Notes: generated by a model not told the origin, from the sequence alone. A stretch of DNA of 64,000 nucleotides from Eledone cirrhosa (GCA_964016885.1 OZ024749.1:39928001-39992000), one strand, 5' to 3'. Positions 42,455-56,262 are shown, numbered from the stretch's first letter. Translations and numbers: made by a program.

Positions 42455-42499
42455 TGTATATATATATGTGTGTATATATATATATATATATACATATTT

Positions 42500-42552
<53 letters not shown>

Positions 42553-42568
42553 TATATGTATATATATG

Positions 42569-42602
<34 letters not shown>

Positions 42603-42610
42603 TGTATATA

Positions 42611-42642
<32 letters not shown>

Positions 42643-42649
42643 CATATTT

Positions 42650-42685
<36 letters not shown>

Positions 42686-42939
42686 TTATACATATATATA
42701 TATATAATATATATATATATATTAGCTGTTTTTCTGTTCTCAAATATCTTGTGTAGCCGTTCCCTACAAGATCTGTGAATTCGTGAAGTAACTAAGCAAC
42801 TAATTACCACCAGCACCACTACCTCCATCATCCCCGCCACCGCCACCACCACTGCCACCGCCACTGCTACTACTACTACCACTACTACTACCACTACTAC
42901 TACTACTATTACTACCACCACTACCACTACTACTACTAT

Positions 42940-42984
<45 letters not shown>

Positions 42985-42986
42985 CA

Positions 42987-43023
<37 letters not shown>

Positions 43024-43179
43024 TACTACCATTAATGATAACACTTTTAACAGACTTCCAATTTGTTTCCATAGCCCTGAGTATCCTCCAGCCCCCACCC
43101 CCGCCCCAACAAAATAAACCCCTTAATTCTGTCTACAAACATAAAGTAATGATCATCGTTTATTAACTCCTCTGTTTTA

Positions 43180-43221
<42 letters not shown>

Positions 43222-43453
43222 GACATATATATATATATATATGCATACATATATACATATATATGGACACACATATATATATATATATGCATATATATCT
43301 ATATTTATAGATATATGCATATATATATATTTATATATATATATATATATTTATATATATGCATATATACATATATGCATATATATATATATATGCATAT
43401 ATATATATATTTATATATATATATATATATGTCCATATATATGTATATATGTA

Positions 43454-43520
<67 letters not shown>

Positions 43521-43955
43521 GCTTATATATTCCTTTTATTTTATTTATATATATATATATGTATCTATTTATTTATATTTGTTGGTTCAGTATTATTGCT
43601 GTGAATACAATTAACTTTTTAATCTAGTAATCAGTGAAATGATGGAAAGTTTTCCTTCCGAATTAACAATGGCGAACTTAAATCAAGAACATAGTCGCCT
43701 TCCTTTTTCCTTTTTGGTTTTCTTTCTGCGAGTATTATATTTTATTTTATTAGAATTTTGTTATTTTAGTTTAGCTTAGCTTCATTTAATTTGTTTATTT
43801 TATTATTATCCTGATTATTATTACTATTATTATTATTATTATTATTATTACTATGCAGTAGTGGTAGTGGTGGTCGTTGTGGTGGTAGTTGTAGTAATAG
43901 TACTAGTAGTGGCTGTAGTAGTAGTGGTAGTAGTAGTAGTAGCAGTAGTAGTAGC

Positions 43956-44007
<52 letters not shown>

Positions 44008-44246
44008 TTTATATTTATTTTTATTTATTTATATATGTATGGATTTATTTATTTCATTTGCTGAAAAAATATTCAATTATGTACTGAAAATAGATAGTAA
44101 ACTCTTATGATTGAGTTTATAACCATTATTTTAGTAATTACTGAGCACTCATTCCCCCCCCCTCACTCACACTACACCCCACAGACATTTTCTGTCTCTC
44201 TATCTCTCTCCCTTTCCTCTTACTCTCTTCCTCTTCATTCTCTCTG

Positions 44247-44281
<35 letters not shown>

Positions 44282-45309
44282 TATATTATATTATATTATA
44301 TTATATATATATATATATTATATTATATATATATTATATTATATATATATATATATTATATATATAATATATATATATTATATTATATATATTATATATA
44401 TTATATATATATATATTATATATATTATATATATATATATTATATTATATATATTATATATATTATATATATATATATATAAGGGTGTATGTTTGTATTG
44501 TTCACTCTCTCTCCTTGTCTCTTTCCTCTCTCTTTCTCTCTCTCTCTCTCTCTCTTTCTATCTCCCCTCCCCTCTCTCTCTTTCTCTCTCTCTTTCACTC
44601 CCTCACTCATTCACCATCTTTTCACTCTTTATATCACTGACAAACAACATATTAGCAGAAACATCACATTCTACTGACGTCTCAACCATTATTACAGTTT
44701 TTAATTATTTTTTTAATTGAATTTATTAAGCAATCAATGTGCTGTCTGCGTGCGTGTGTCTGCATGTGTGTGTGTCTCTGTGTGTGTGTGTGTGTGTTTG
44801 TATGTATGTGTGGCTGTGTTTGTGACGGTCGAATAGCCTGCTCATAAAATTAACATATAAGTAGCCGGGCATTCTACAGACACAATCTAACCTTAATTTA
44901 ATTCTCAGTGTGGGGCATGGCTGGCCATTTGAATTACATCCCTTCAGATGGGATTCCAAGCTGTCTCCATCCACCCACCTAATTTTACTCATAAGCCTGG
45001 GTGATGTTGAGGCTACGTTAACAACACATTCCCAAGAATCATGGAAATGGGATTAAACTCTGGACGTAATGATTGCGAAGCAAACTCCTATTCCGCACCC
45101 ACATATTTAGAATATTTAGATTATATTTTTTTCCGTGAGCTGCTAAAATGTGACGTTTCGGACAACTATTCTTCTTCGGAAAGGAATTGCAGAAAGGTGA
45201 ATGTTTTAAAATAGCTCCACTAAAACCATTCTACTTTTGGTAGATTATTTCTGCAAAGGAAATCTATGTAAAATGTTTGAAACGAATAAAAATATGAGGC
45301 ATTTAAATG

Positions 45310-45347
<38 letters not shown>

Positions 45348-45351
<4 letters not shown>

Positions 45352-45918
45352 CGGGTAAAATTCCCGAGATCCATGGACGAGTTCTCTCCAGCGGCTCTGT
45401 CACTCATTATCGCTGTCATGTCCTGCGTCTCCAACAGACCACTGTCTGTCCTTAGGGCATCAACATATGTTAACCTCGGTCTTCCTCTTCCAGTGTGTCC
45501 ATGCAGGGGCTCCCACTAGACCATTGAGTGCACTGTCAACTCTGGATGTCGGTGAACATGTCCAGCTAACTTCAGTCTCCTCTGTGTCACTTTTGAGCTG
45601 ACTTTTGGGAGGCTGCCGTACAGCTCTGAGTTCTTCATCCTCAGTGTATACTGATTAATGTTCAGAGCCATTACTAATGTAGGCGGGAAGCCGCAAGAAT
45701 TGGTTGAGGACTTCCTGTATTTGGGAGCAAAGATTGGGAATACGGAAGATGATGTGGTCGAGAGGAAGAGCAAAGCCTGGGCGGCGTGCCACAGCTTGAG
45801 ATCGGTGTGGAAGTCGGACCTTCGTTGCTGTAGTGGAGTCTGTGCTGCTGTACGGGTCTGAGATTTGGACACTGACCAAGAAACTCACTCAGATGGTGGA
45901 TGGGTGCTACACGAGAAT
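45348..45918 (-). mobile_element. RTE-clade LINE fragment with a 5' inversion
   Basis: Minus 45348-45671 encodes MALNINQY...RRLKLAGHVHRHPE. Plus 45670-45918 encodes the upstream part VEDFLYLGA...VESVLLYGSEIWTL...DGCYTR. Confidence 0.85.
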
Positions 45919-46022
45919 ATATATATATATATAGAGAGAGAGAGAAAGAAAGAGAGTTGGGGAGAGAGAGATATTATATATATTTATTATATATATTGTA
46001 TATATATATATATATATATATA

Positions 46023-46218
46023 TAATCAAGGAAGTGTGGTAAGGAACCAGGTGGACCATAACGCACCAGAGTACTCGATATTTAGGGTAGTAGAGTGGGT
46101 AATAGGAAAGGAGTCAGGACCCTGACGGCTCAGCTACGGCCGTTTCGACAGCTAGGTCTGAACTCCTAGCTGTCGAAACAGCCGGAGCTCACCTGTCGGG
46201 GTCCTGACTCTTTTCCTA
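46023..46218. mobile_element. Family P fold-back element
   Basis: Imperfect palindrome centred on gacagctagg-tctgaact-cctagctgtc (46147-46174). Confidence 0.7.
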
Positions 46219-46564
46219 TATATATATATATATAATTGGTTATGCACGAGTGCATTAATGTTTTCCAGGACACAGTGTTATGTACCGTGTAGTGGAATGT
46301 CAGCTTACAACAGAGTGGTGCTCAACGAAATGCAGAAAAAAGGTGTATATTCCAGTTTAGCTATATTCCGGGGCGTGTATAAAGAATTAAAAAGAACAGA
46401 AAGATGCAGTAAAAGAGATTTATTCGGTTCTTACGTACGTTTCAATAGACATCTATTTGCCTAGATCTCGCTACATCTATAATATTATATATTTAGTAGA
46501 GCATTCGATATCCAATGCACAATCGATCCCTTATCATCAGAGATATATATAATATATCCATGAC

Positions 46565-46633
46565 TTTTCATCTGATGAGCGAACTAGACATATATTAATA
46601 TTGTCTAGAGTCCTGAAACCGTGGGTAATGGAA
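46565..46633 (+). ncRNA. Type I hammerhead ribozyme motif (HHR3), somewhat degenerate
   Basis: Stem I tttcat/atggaa; CTGATGA at 46572; stem II core ctagaca/tgtctag; GAAA at 46615; stem III acc-gtg-ggt; GUA triplet, predicted cut after 46627. Confidence 0.7.
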
Positions 46634-46964
46634 TAGTTTTATTGTGTTGTTTACTTTCTAATTAAATATAAATATATTAAACGAAATTGAATAAAAACAT
46701 TTTATTAATGACATTTTAAGGAAAAAAAGCTGAAAAAAATCAGAATACTATATGTTTAACCAGGCAGACCACTTCATCAGCACTGGAGTAGACCATATCA
46801 TAGGGAGAGGGGATCCTAGGATTAATGTATTATATTACCAACCTCGATATAGGTTTTATTTCAACATTTTTATATTAGACAAAAAGTAGATAAATAAATA
46901 AATAAATAAACAAACAAATAAACAAATAATTAGGAGAAATAAACGCAGTGAATTAACGAATAAA

Positions 46965-47060
46965 ATAATTGTTTCTACGTTTGGCACAAGGCCAGCAATT
47001 ACCCAGTGCATTACTGGTACTTTATTTTATCGACCCCGTAAGGATGAAAGGCAAAGTTAA
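46965..47060 (-). mobile_element. SINE 3' half
   Basis: Reverse complement of the core and tail. Confidence 0.8.
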
Positions 47061-47165
47061 CAACGTATTGAAGTTACAATTACTTCGTTTATATATATAC
47101 ACACACACAAACACACACACCACACACATACACATACACACACACACATATATATATGGAAGGAG

Positions 47166-47200
<35 letters not shown>

Positions 47201-47206
47201 CATACA

Positions 47207-47238
<32 letters not shown>

Positions 47239-47264
47239 GATGTGTGTGTGTGTGTTTATATATA

Positions 47265-47343
47265 TTGGGTTGTCAAGTATGAAATTTGTAGAAATTTGTT
47301 TTGTTTCTACAAAATTCTACAAATTTCATACTTGACGATCCAA
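47265..47343. mobile_element. 79-bp mariner-type MITE (MADE1-like architecture)
   Basis: TIRs ttgggttgtcaagtatgaaatttgtagaa / ttctacaaatttcatacttgacgatccaa, with TA on both sides. Confidence 0.8.
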
Positions 47344-47363
47344 TATATATAGATGTATGTATG

Positions 47364-47397
<34 letters not shown>

Positions 47398-47636
47398 TCA
47401 CGTAATGACACACGGTATATATCGACATAGAGTGAAGAGGGAGGAGATATGCTCTTTGGAGAGGATATTTCCAGGAGCAAACGCATGGCCAGCCATGACT
47501 GAAGAGTGCATTAAAAGATTTACTCCATATTTTTTTATCTTAGTATGACACACCCTATAATCTTTAAAAAGGGAAAGTGTATATTGTGAAATATCGTCAT
47601 AAATATACTAAAAAAATATTAAGGCCTGACCTGTCG

Positions 47637-48275
47637 TTAACCCTTTGGTACCAACCCTGCAAAAACCAGCTTTGGTCCTATGAAATATAACTATTTCTAC
47701 TTTAGGCACAAGGCCAGCAATTACCCAGTCCATTACTCGTACTTTATTTTATCGACCCCGTAAGGATGAAAGGCAAAGTTAACCTCAAATATAACCACCC
47801 ATTATAAGGCTTCCTATTTAACCCTTTGGTTACCAACCCTGCCAAAGCCAGGTCTGGTCCTATGAAACAAAACTACCCATTGTATAGGGTTCCTGTTTAA
47901 CCTTTGTGGTACCAACCCAGCCAAAGCCAGGTCTGGTCCTATGAAACAAAACTACCCATTGTATAGGGTTCCTGTTTAACCTTTGTGGTATCAACCCTGC
48001 CAAAACCAGGTCTGGTCCTATGAAACAAAACCACCCATATATGTTGTTCCTGTTTAACCTTTTTGGTACCAATCCTGCCAAAACCAGCTCTAGCCCTATG
48101 AAACAAAACTACCCATTATACAGTGTTCCTATTTAACCCTTTGGTACCAACCCTACCGAAGCCAGATCTGGTCCTATGAAACAAAACTACCCATATATGT
48201 TGTTCCTATTTAACCCGTTGGTTACCAACCCTGCCAAAGCTATCTCTGGCTTTATGAAATATAACCTCCCATATA
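47637..48275. repeat. ~78-bp tandem repeat whose units start TTAACC, interrupted by a SINE
   Basis: Unit ttaaccctttggtaccaaccctgccaaagccaggtctggtcctatgaaacaaaactacccat...ttcctgt, about 7 copies. Confidence 0.9.
47692..47786 (-). mobile_element. 5'-truncated SINE with a 9-bp TSD (aaatataac)
   Basis: Core and tail in reverse; aaatataac on both sides. Confidence 0.8.
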
Positions 48276-48315
48276 TTATATTTTGTTCCCATTGCTACCA
48301 ACGCAACCAAAACTA

Positions 48316-48492
48316 TGGCAGTATCGGTAGAGGGTCGGACAGCATGCTTTCCAGCATAGTTGCGTCCCTTTACGATCTGAGTTCAAATCCCACCGAGGTT
48401 GACTTTGCCTTTCATCCTTACGGGGTCGATAAAATAAAGTACCAGTAATGCACTGGGTAATTGCTGGCCTTGTGCCTAAAAGTAGAAACAGT
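48316..48492 (+). mobile_element. tRNA-derived SINE (major family)
   Basis: tggcagtatcggtagag head, gttcaaatccc B-box, core. Confidence 0.87.
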
Positions 48493-49376
48493 TATATGAA
48501 ACAAACCACCCATTTTAAAACGTTCCTATTTAAATTAAAATCCACCGAAATAATTTTTACTATCTTAGTAAAGAAATAATTAATAATTTTAGCAAATCCG
48601 TCAGAATTCTTCATTAATTAATTGAAGAGTGTCTCTCATTAGATATACAGTTGCAAATGTCTTAAACAACTACAACAACTACATCAACAACATTAGCAAC
48701 CAGCAGTATACCCTTCTCCCTTAAAATGTTAATACCAGAATGAAAAAATCATTTTTAGCAGTTGCTGTTGTTGTTGTTGTTATTGTTGCTATCGCTGCTT
48801 TGGGTGCTGTAGTTGTGATGGCTAATGTTGTTGTTATTGGTGGTGGTGGTGGTGTTGTTGTTGTTGTTGTTGTTGCCTCTGTTGTTGTTGGTGGTGGTGT
48901 TTTTCTTGTTGTTGTTGGTGGTGGTGTTTTCTTGTTGTTGTTGTTATTGTTGCTATCGCTGCTTTGGGTGCTGTAGTTGTGATGGCTAATGTTGTTGTTA
49001 TTGTTGCTACTGTTGTTGGTGGTGGTGTTACTGTTGTTAGTTGGTGTTATTGTTGTTGCTGCTGCTGCAGTTGTTGCTACTGTTGTTGGTGGTGGTGTTA
49101 CTGTTGTTGTTGCTGCTACTGTTGTTGGTTGGTGTTATTGTTGTTGTTGGTGGTGTTGGTGGTGGTGGTATTGGTGTCATTGTTGTTGTTGTAGTTATTG
49201 TTGTTGTTGCTATTTCTACCTTTCGTGTTGTAGCTGTGCTGGCTACTCTTCTACAACAATTACATTGGTAATTGTTCTTTCTTATACAGGCGCCACAGTG
49301 TAATCTCGCCTCAAAATATCATATAACGTTTTACTGTTTTACATGGTGGCTTGTTATTTCTCTTCACAGTTTATTT

Positions 49377-49663
49377 TCTTTCTTTCCTTCCACCTTTCTT
49401 TCCTTCCACCCTTTCTTTCCTTCCACCCTTTCTTTCCTTCCACCTTTCTTTCCTTCCACCTTTCTTTCCTTCCACCTTTCTTTCCTTCCACCCTTTCTTT
49501 CCTTCCACCCTTTCTTTCCTTCCACCCTTTCTTTCCTTCCACCTTTCTTTCCTTCCACCTTTCTTTCCTTCCACCTTTCTTTCCTTCCACCCTTTCTTTC
49601 CTTCCACCTTTCTTTCCTTCCATCCTTTCTTTCCTTCCACCCTTTCTTTCCTTCCACCCTTTC
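49377..49663. repeat. 17-18-bp polypyrimidine minisatellite (tttctttccttccacc)
   Basis: Direct inspection. Confidence 0.92.
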
Positions 49664-50000
49664 TAAAAACTTGCCTTAATCAGATTAGATTTAGTAATTA
49701 CCTGAAACGGACTTAAATGTATTCATTCTTAAGATTTCCCCTTAAGCATGAGAATTAAATTATTTTTTCTAATTAATGTTCAATTTACTGGAGTTATCTC
49801 CCCTTTCCTTCATAGATCGCTAACGAATGCTGGTAGGTCTCTCTCTTTCTCTCTTCATCTCTCTCTCTCGCTCTCTCTCTCTCGCTCTCTCTCTCTCACT
49901 CACACACACACTCTCTCTCTTTCTTTCTCTCACTCACACACACTCTCTCTCACACTCACTCATTTACACTTTCACTCACTCACTCACTGTCTCTCACTCA

Positions 50001-50045
<45 letters not shown>

Positions 50046-50132
50046 ATTCACTCACGCTCTCTATTTCTCCAGCTAGGCGGTGAAATTTCGAAACCTTAAC
50101 AATTATTTCTACGTACATTATTTATTCAGTAA

Positions 50133-50327
50133 AGGGCGGTGAATTGGCAGTATCGGTAGAGGGTTGGACGCCATGTTTTCTAGCATAGTTACGTCCCTTT
50201 ACAGTCTGAGTTCAAATCCCGCCGAGGTTAACTTTGCCTTTCATCCTTACCGTGTCGATAAAATAAAGTACCAGTAATGTACTGGGTAATTGCTGGCCTT
50301 GTGCCTAAAGTAGAAACAATTATTTAT
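50133..50327 (+). mobile_element. tRNA-derived SINE, full length
   Basis: gggcggtgaattggcagtatcggtagag (A-box-like), gagttcaaatccc (B-box), core and tail. Confidence 0.88.
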
Positions 50328-50764
50328 TCAGTATTTCCCTACACGATTTATCTCAATCCCAAGGCATGGGTTTATTTTAGTTACTTCCCTTAGTTCCTTT
50401 TTATTCTATTTATTCTCATGTGTTCTTATACAATTACAGGCTACAAAATATCTCTTGAAAAGTGCCATGGACTCCAGTGTCAAGATAAATAATGTTGCCA
50501 GCGATATACTAAACTGATGTTGTTACTATTGTTGTCGTAGAGATTCTTCTATTGGCTTAAATTCTTCTTCTTCTTCTTCTTCTTCTTTTTCTTCTTCTTC
50601 TTCTTCTTTTTCTTGTTCTTCTTTTTCTTCTTCTTCTTCTTCACCGTCTTCTTCTTCTTCTTCTTCTCCTTCTCCTTCTCCTCCTTCTTCTCCTTCTCCT
50701 TCTCCTTCTTCTTCTTCTTCTTCTTCTCCTGCCCCCCTCCCCCTCCTCCAAAGTAATACAAACT

Positions 50765-50915
50765 GAGTTTATAGATGTTTAGATGTTATCCCACCATCTT
50801 GTTCGTGGTCCACCGCTGTGTCTCCTCCAGGTAGGCATTACCTGCAAAACCAATCCTGCGAATCTTCCCATAGACATTCTAACCACGTGTCCATAGCATC
50901 GTCACATCAGGTTCA
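50765..50915 (-). pseudogene. Old RTE-like LINE 3' fragment
   Basis: Minus-strand RCYGHVVRMSMGRFAGLVLQ..WRRHSGGPRTRWWDNI, next to a (GAA)n tract at 50562-50730. Confidence 0.65.
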
Positions 50916-51341
50916 AGTTATAGACTGGGGGAGTCTTTGAAATCTCATAACTTTAATACCAGTCATAACAAAACAAAAAAACAGAGATCGTAGTAACTCA
51001 ATTGATCACATCTGACCCTACACCCTTTCTCCGCCTCCTCACCCTCCTCTTATTCCTCCTCCTCCTCCTCCTCCTTATCCTCATTCTCCTCCTCCTCATT
51101 CTCCTCCTCATCATCATCCTCTCCACCTCCCCCTCCTCCTGCCATCACTGCTCTAATGTAGAAACTGATGAGTTTTGAAATGCATTTTCTCTGACATACA
51201 CTGTTGTAAGTGTTAGTACTGGTTAGAATAACGAGACGGAGATCGACATAGACTCACTTGACCACACGTGGTACTTATATATATATATATATATATATAC
51301 ATGTGTATATATATATATACATAAATATGTGTGTATATATT

Positions 51342-51468
<127 letters not shown>

Positions 51469-51489
51469 ATATATATATATATACATATA

Positions 51490-51565
<76 letters not shown>

Positions 51566-51667
51566 TGTGTGCATATATATATATATATATATGTGTATAT
51601 ATTTATATATATATATATACATACATATATGTGTGTATATATTTATATATTTATATACATACATATA

Positions 51668-51704
<37 letters not shown>

Positions 51705-51751
51705 GTTTTGCAAAGTTTTTGATATGAAATCGTGTGTCGAAACAAATATTG

Positions 51752-51796
<45 letters not shown>

Positions 51797-51811
51797 AGTG
51801 TACATATATAC

Positions 51812-51847
<36 letters not shown>

Positions 51848-51953
51848 AACCTCCTCCTCGACTTCCCTTCCCCCTCCTTTCTTCCCTCTCCTGTGCACCT
51901 GTCAATGAAACCTAATATGTGACATTCGAGGATGATAACGAAGAGATGTTTTC

Positions 51954-52069
51954 AAAGTCGTTTAAACAATCAAGTATGTAAGCAAATATATAAGCCTCTT
52001 CCACTTCAATATGTTTCACCTCATATATATACATTCGTAACTTATCTACGTATGAAAGTATACACAAAC

Positions 52070-52155
<86 letters not shown>

Positions 52156-52346
52156 GTTATCCCGGGTTCAATCGGGGGTAACCACAGTAAGTAAGGTACT
52201 CAATACTGTGCAGAGTATAAATGTCGTATTAAAGTCGTTTAAACAATCAAGTATGTAAGCAAATATATAAGCCTCTTCCACTTCAATATCTTTCACGTCA
52301 TATATACACATTCGTAACTTATCTACGTATGAAAGTATACACAAAC

Positions 52347-52398
<52 letters not shown>

Positions 52399-52793
52399 AT
52401 ATATATATATATATATATATACAAATAAAGATTCAGCGAGAATCGCACTTTCGGCGGGCAGGAAAAGCGAAGCGAAGCGAAACGCAAAAATCAGAAATGA
52501 TGCTGGCAAAGTGCTCAATAGTTAAAAACCAGAGCTAAACAATGTGTTAAGAAGCCATACAAAACTGAAAAGGTGGTCAAGAAGGCATTAACCACTCAAG
52601 CCAAAAACCAAATCAAGCTAAACAGGTCAAAACAAAATAAATGATAAAAAATAAATGATAACCAGACCTGGACTCCCGGAATTGCTGTTAAAATCCGATG
52701 TAGAGTTTCCGTGACACCTAAATCAAAATGCAGTCTGCTTAAAAATATTATAAGCTTTGGGTATAATGATCGAACAAGGAATATCACGTTATC

Positions 52794-52879
<86 letters not shown>

Positions 52880-52991
52880 AATATAGAAAAGCTTCTACAG
52901 GGCTAGAACTGTTTCATTCGTGAGAAATCATCATTAAGCTTCCTGATGATTTCTCACGAATGAAACAGTTCTAGTCCTGTAGAAGCTTTTC

Positions 52992-53067
<76 letters not shown>

Positions 53068-53266
53068 TTGTGTATACTTTCATACGTAGATAAGTTACGA
53101 ATGTATATACATATATGACGTGAAAGATATTGAAGTGGAAGAGGTTTATATATTTGCTTACATACTTGATTGTTTAAACGACTTTGATACGACATTTATA
53201 CTCTGCACAGTATTGAGTACCTTACTTACTGTGGTTGCCCCCGATTGAACCCGGGATAACTTACAT
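51954..53266. repeat. Three copies of a ~200-bp module: 51954-52070 and 52153-52348 direct, 53065-53266 inverted
   Basis: aaagtcgtttaaacaatcaagtatgtaagc...tatgaaagtatacacaaaca and its reverse complement. Confidence 0.88.
52936..52988 (+). ncRNA. Type I hammerhead ribozyme motif (HHR4) inside a palindrome
   Basis: AAGCTTC CTGATGA TTTC-TCAC-GAAT GAAA CAG-TTCTAGTC-CTG TA GAAGCTT: 7-bp stem I, short stem II, 4-bp stem III, GUA triplet, predicted cut after 52981. Confidence 0.85.
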
Positions 53267-53292
53267 ATATATATAAATATATATATATAATA

Positions 53293-53369
<77 letters not shown>

Positions 53370-53390
53370 GTATGTATGTATGTATGTATG

Positions 53391-54013
53391 TCACCTCATA
53401 TGTCAGGTCACCAGTTGGTGCTACTGGTAACATTGTATCCCAGTATAACCTGTCTCATGGTGGGGTCGTTGGCGACTAAACTGGCAACCCCACCAAGGTT
53501 TCTTGGTGAGGAGGGTGACTTTGGACATCCTGCAGGACTAAAAACAAAACCTGTCAAAGGGCAAAGGAGCTCTTAAGAGTCAATGGCCATCCAAAATCAC
53601 CGGGAGAGATGACACCTTAGCCTTTGTCAAGGCAGAATTCTAGGAGAAGGAAAACTCTGATATAACACCTGCAACCCTGATGGTATCCAATGATGTTGAC
53701 TTGTTCTTCTTTTTGGTAAATATCATCTTGGTTAAGAGAGTGGGACTGGCTTTGTGCAGTGCCTTTGCTCACTATAAAAGCTTCACGGCACAGGCATTGC
53801 TTTATATCTGGAGATCTCTCTGCACTTGTCATCACATGGTACCAAGGGCCCAGCACTATGTGTCAATAATTGTCACAAGTGTAGTGTTTGTACCAGAGTT
53901 TTCAAGTCGCTGGCTGGACTAAAAAGCCACACTCGTTCAGCGCATCGGTAGGGGTTCTCCTTCATGGATATAAAGTAGTGGCCGTACTCGAAAACGCGTT
54001 GGCAGCCACCATG
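53391..54013 (+). mobile_element. Longest copy (~620 bp) of a non-autonomous RTE-type retroposon with an (ATGT)n tail
   Basis: No credible ORF. The ctaggagaaggaaaactctga motif resembles RTE 5' UTRs (from memory). (ATGT)n on both sides; three related copies at 33.3-34.5 kb. Confidence 0.7.
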
Positions 54014-55335
54014 TATGTATGTATGTATGTATGTATGTATGTATGTATGTATGTATGTATGTATGTATGTATGTATGTATGTATGTGTGTATGTATGTAT
54101 GTATGTATGTATGTTTGTACTCGTGCATAAGTGCTGCAATTGTCTCATTATTAAATTATGTATTAACTATTGTCGTTGTTCTTGGTGTTGTTGTTGTTAT
54201 AATGATATTGCTGCTTCACAATCTATTTCGTTTAACTATACAACGACGACGACAACAACAACAACTGCTAAAATAAAAAAAAAAAACAGTCATGATACTG
54301 CACCATGTTTAACATCCTCATCCGATGTCTGAGTGTTTTGTACAGAATTTACTCTCTTGAAATTATTTGAACGAGGTCTCCGCTCTATAGCTGTTATGAT
54401 TTATTACCCCTTCTTTCCCCCACCAGCCCTGTAAAATCTTGCCACAATATCAAGGGCTTTGCCTTCACTCCTCCGACTATGTTATAAAATCACAACAGAA
54501 TAGTAGTGGACATTACTCATCACCCAATTTAACACCACTACCTGGTAACTAGGGTCCACTCTGTTGTAAGCATTCGATCCAAGTGTGGGGTTTCAGGGCA
54601 CCCTCCTTCCTCTCACCATCTCTCCTTCATGTCTTGGATACCAGTAAAAGTGTCATGGCCACTGTCTTTCCTTTCATATATCTAAAGCATCTTGAAAATA
54701 TTCTTTAAAAAACTGTGGATCTTTACCATTCCGTTGGATCACTTAACTCCCAGGGACATTCGAACGGATTTTACCATTTACAATCCATGGAGAGGAATAA
54801 CAGATCTTTAGAAGAAAAATTTGAAAGGATTGGTTGCGGACCGGAATCCACTGACACATTCCTCAGGCGACAACGCATGAAACCAACCTGGAGCAATTGT
54901 ATCACACAATTACACACGCAATTAACACATTCCTCCTTAACGTACACTTACAATTTTTCAAAAAAATAAATGGTTAAAAAAGGGAAAGCGAGAAATCCGA
55001 TGTGTCGAATGAATGGTTAGTGTCACCTCCCAAGTCTTACTCAGATTCAGCAACACATTTGTAGGCAATGTACTTAACTGTCAATGGACTCGTCTAACCT
55101 AGCCGCAAGCAAGTATCACACAGAAAGCAGCATGATCCAATACTGTAAAAGGTGGAACCTCTGTATAACTGACAGAGGCTTCGTTAAATCGCAGTATTAA
55201 GTTCGATCTTCGGAACTGATATGGTTCGTGATAAATGTGTTATCAGCGAGGCTTCGTTTTATAAACGACACTACACAGTGGAATCAAGACTGAAGCTACT
55301 ACCACTACTGCCACTACTACTACTATTACTACTAG

Positions 55336-55383
<48 letters not shown>

Positions 55384-55933
55384 TACTACTACTACCACTA
55401 CTACTACTACTACCACTACTACTACTACTACCACTACTAGTACTACAACTACTACCACTACTACTACCACCACTACTACTACTGCCACTACTACTACTAC
55501 TAGTAGTAGTGGTACTACTACTACTACCACCACCACTATTACTACTGCCACTACTACTACTACTACTACCACCACCACCACAACTTCTACTACCACCACC
55601 AGTACTACTACTACTACTAATAGTACTACTATTACTACTTCGTATTTCTACCCGTTTTACCAGGAAATAGTCAACAACTTCCGAGAATCGAACAAAACTA
55701 ACCAAACAACTCACTAAATAAATAAATAGGAAAAGGAAAGATTAAATAAATAAATATGTGTAATAGAAACGAAAGTTTCAGAAAATTCTAAAAAAGAAAG
55801 AGAAAAAAGAAAAAAGAGAAAAAAAAGAGAAATAATGGTAAAAAAAAATTTTTGCCAAACAAATAAATTAATAAAAAATAGAAATAAATATAAAATAAAA
55901 TAAAATGTAATAAAATAAAATTATTTAATAAAA

Positions 55934-55979
<46 letters not shown>

Positions 55980-56208
55980 CATGTATATATGTATATATAT
56001 TATACATGTATATATATGTATATATTATAGATGTATATATATATATATATTATACATGTATATATATTATACATGTATATATATATATATATTATACACG
56101 TATATATATGTATGTATTATACATATATATATATATATTATACACGTATATATATATATGTATTATACATGTATATATATATATATTATACATGTATATG
56201 TATATATT

Positions 56209-56262
<54 letters not shown>

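Noticed and set aside
45148-45190. Minus-strand CCGAAGA...GAAACGTC (a similar weak case lies at 46745-46786)
   Set aside because: Core substitution and no stem I; at best decayed remnants.
51159-51192. agaaa CTGATGA gtttt GAAA tgcattttct, a minimal hammerhead look-alike
   Set aside because: Stem I pairs only if the cleavage-site nucleotide is absent, and stem II is a single G-U pair. Could be chance.
53405-53525. Possible HDV-like ribozyme at the retroposon 5' end (GGTCACC/GGTGACT pairing)
   Set aside because: I could not place P3, L3 or P1.1 by eye. It needs an RNArobo or Infernal search.
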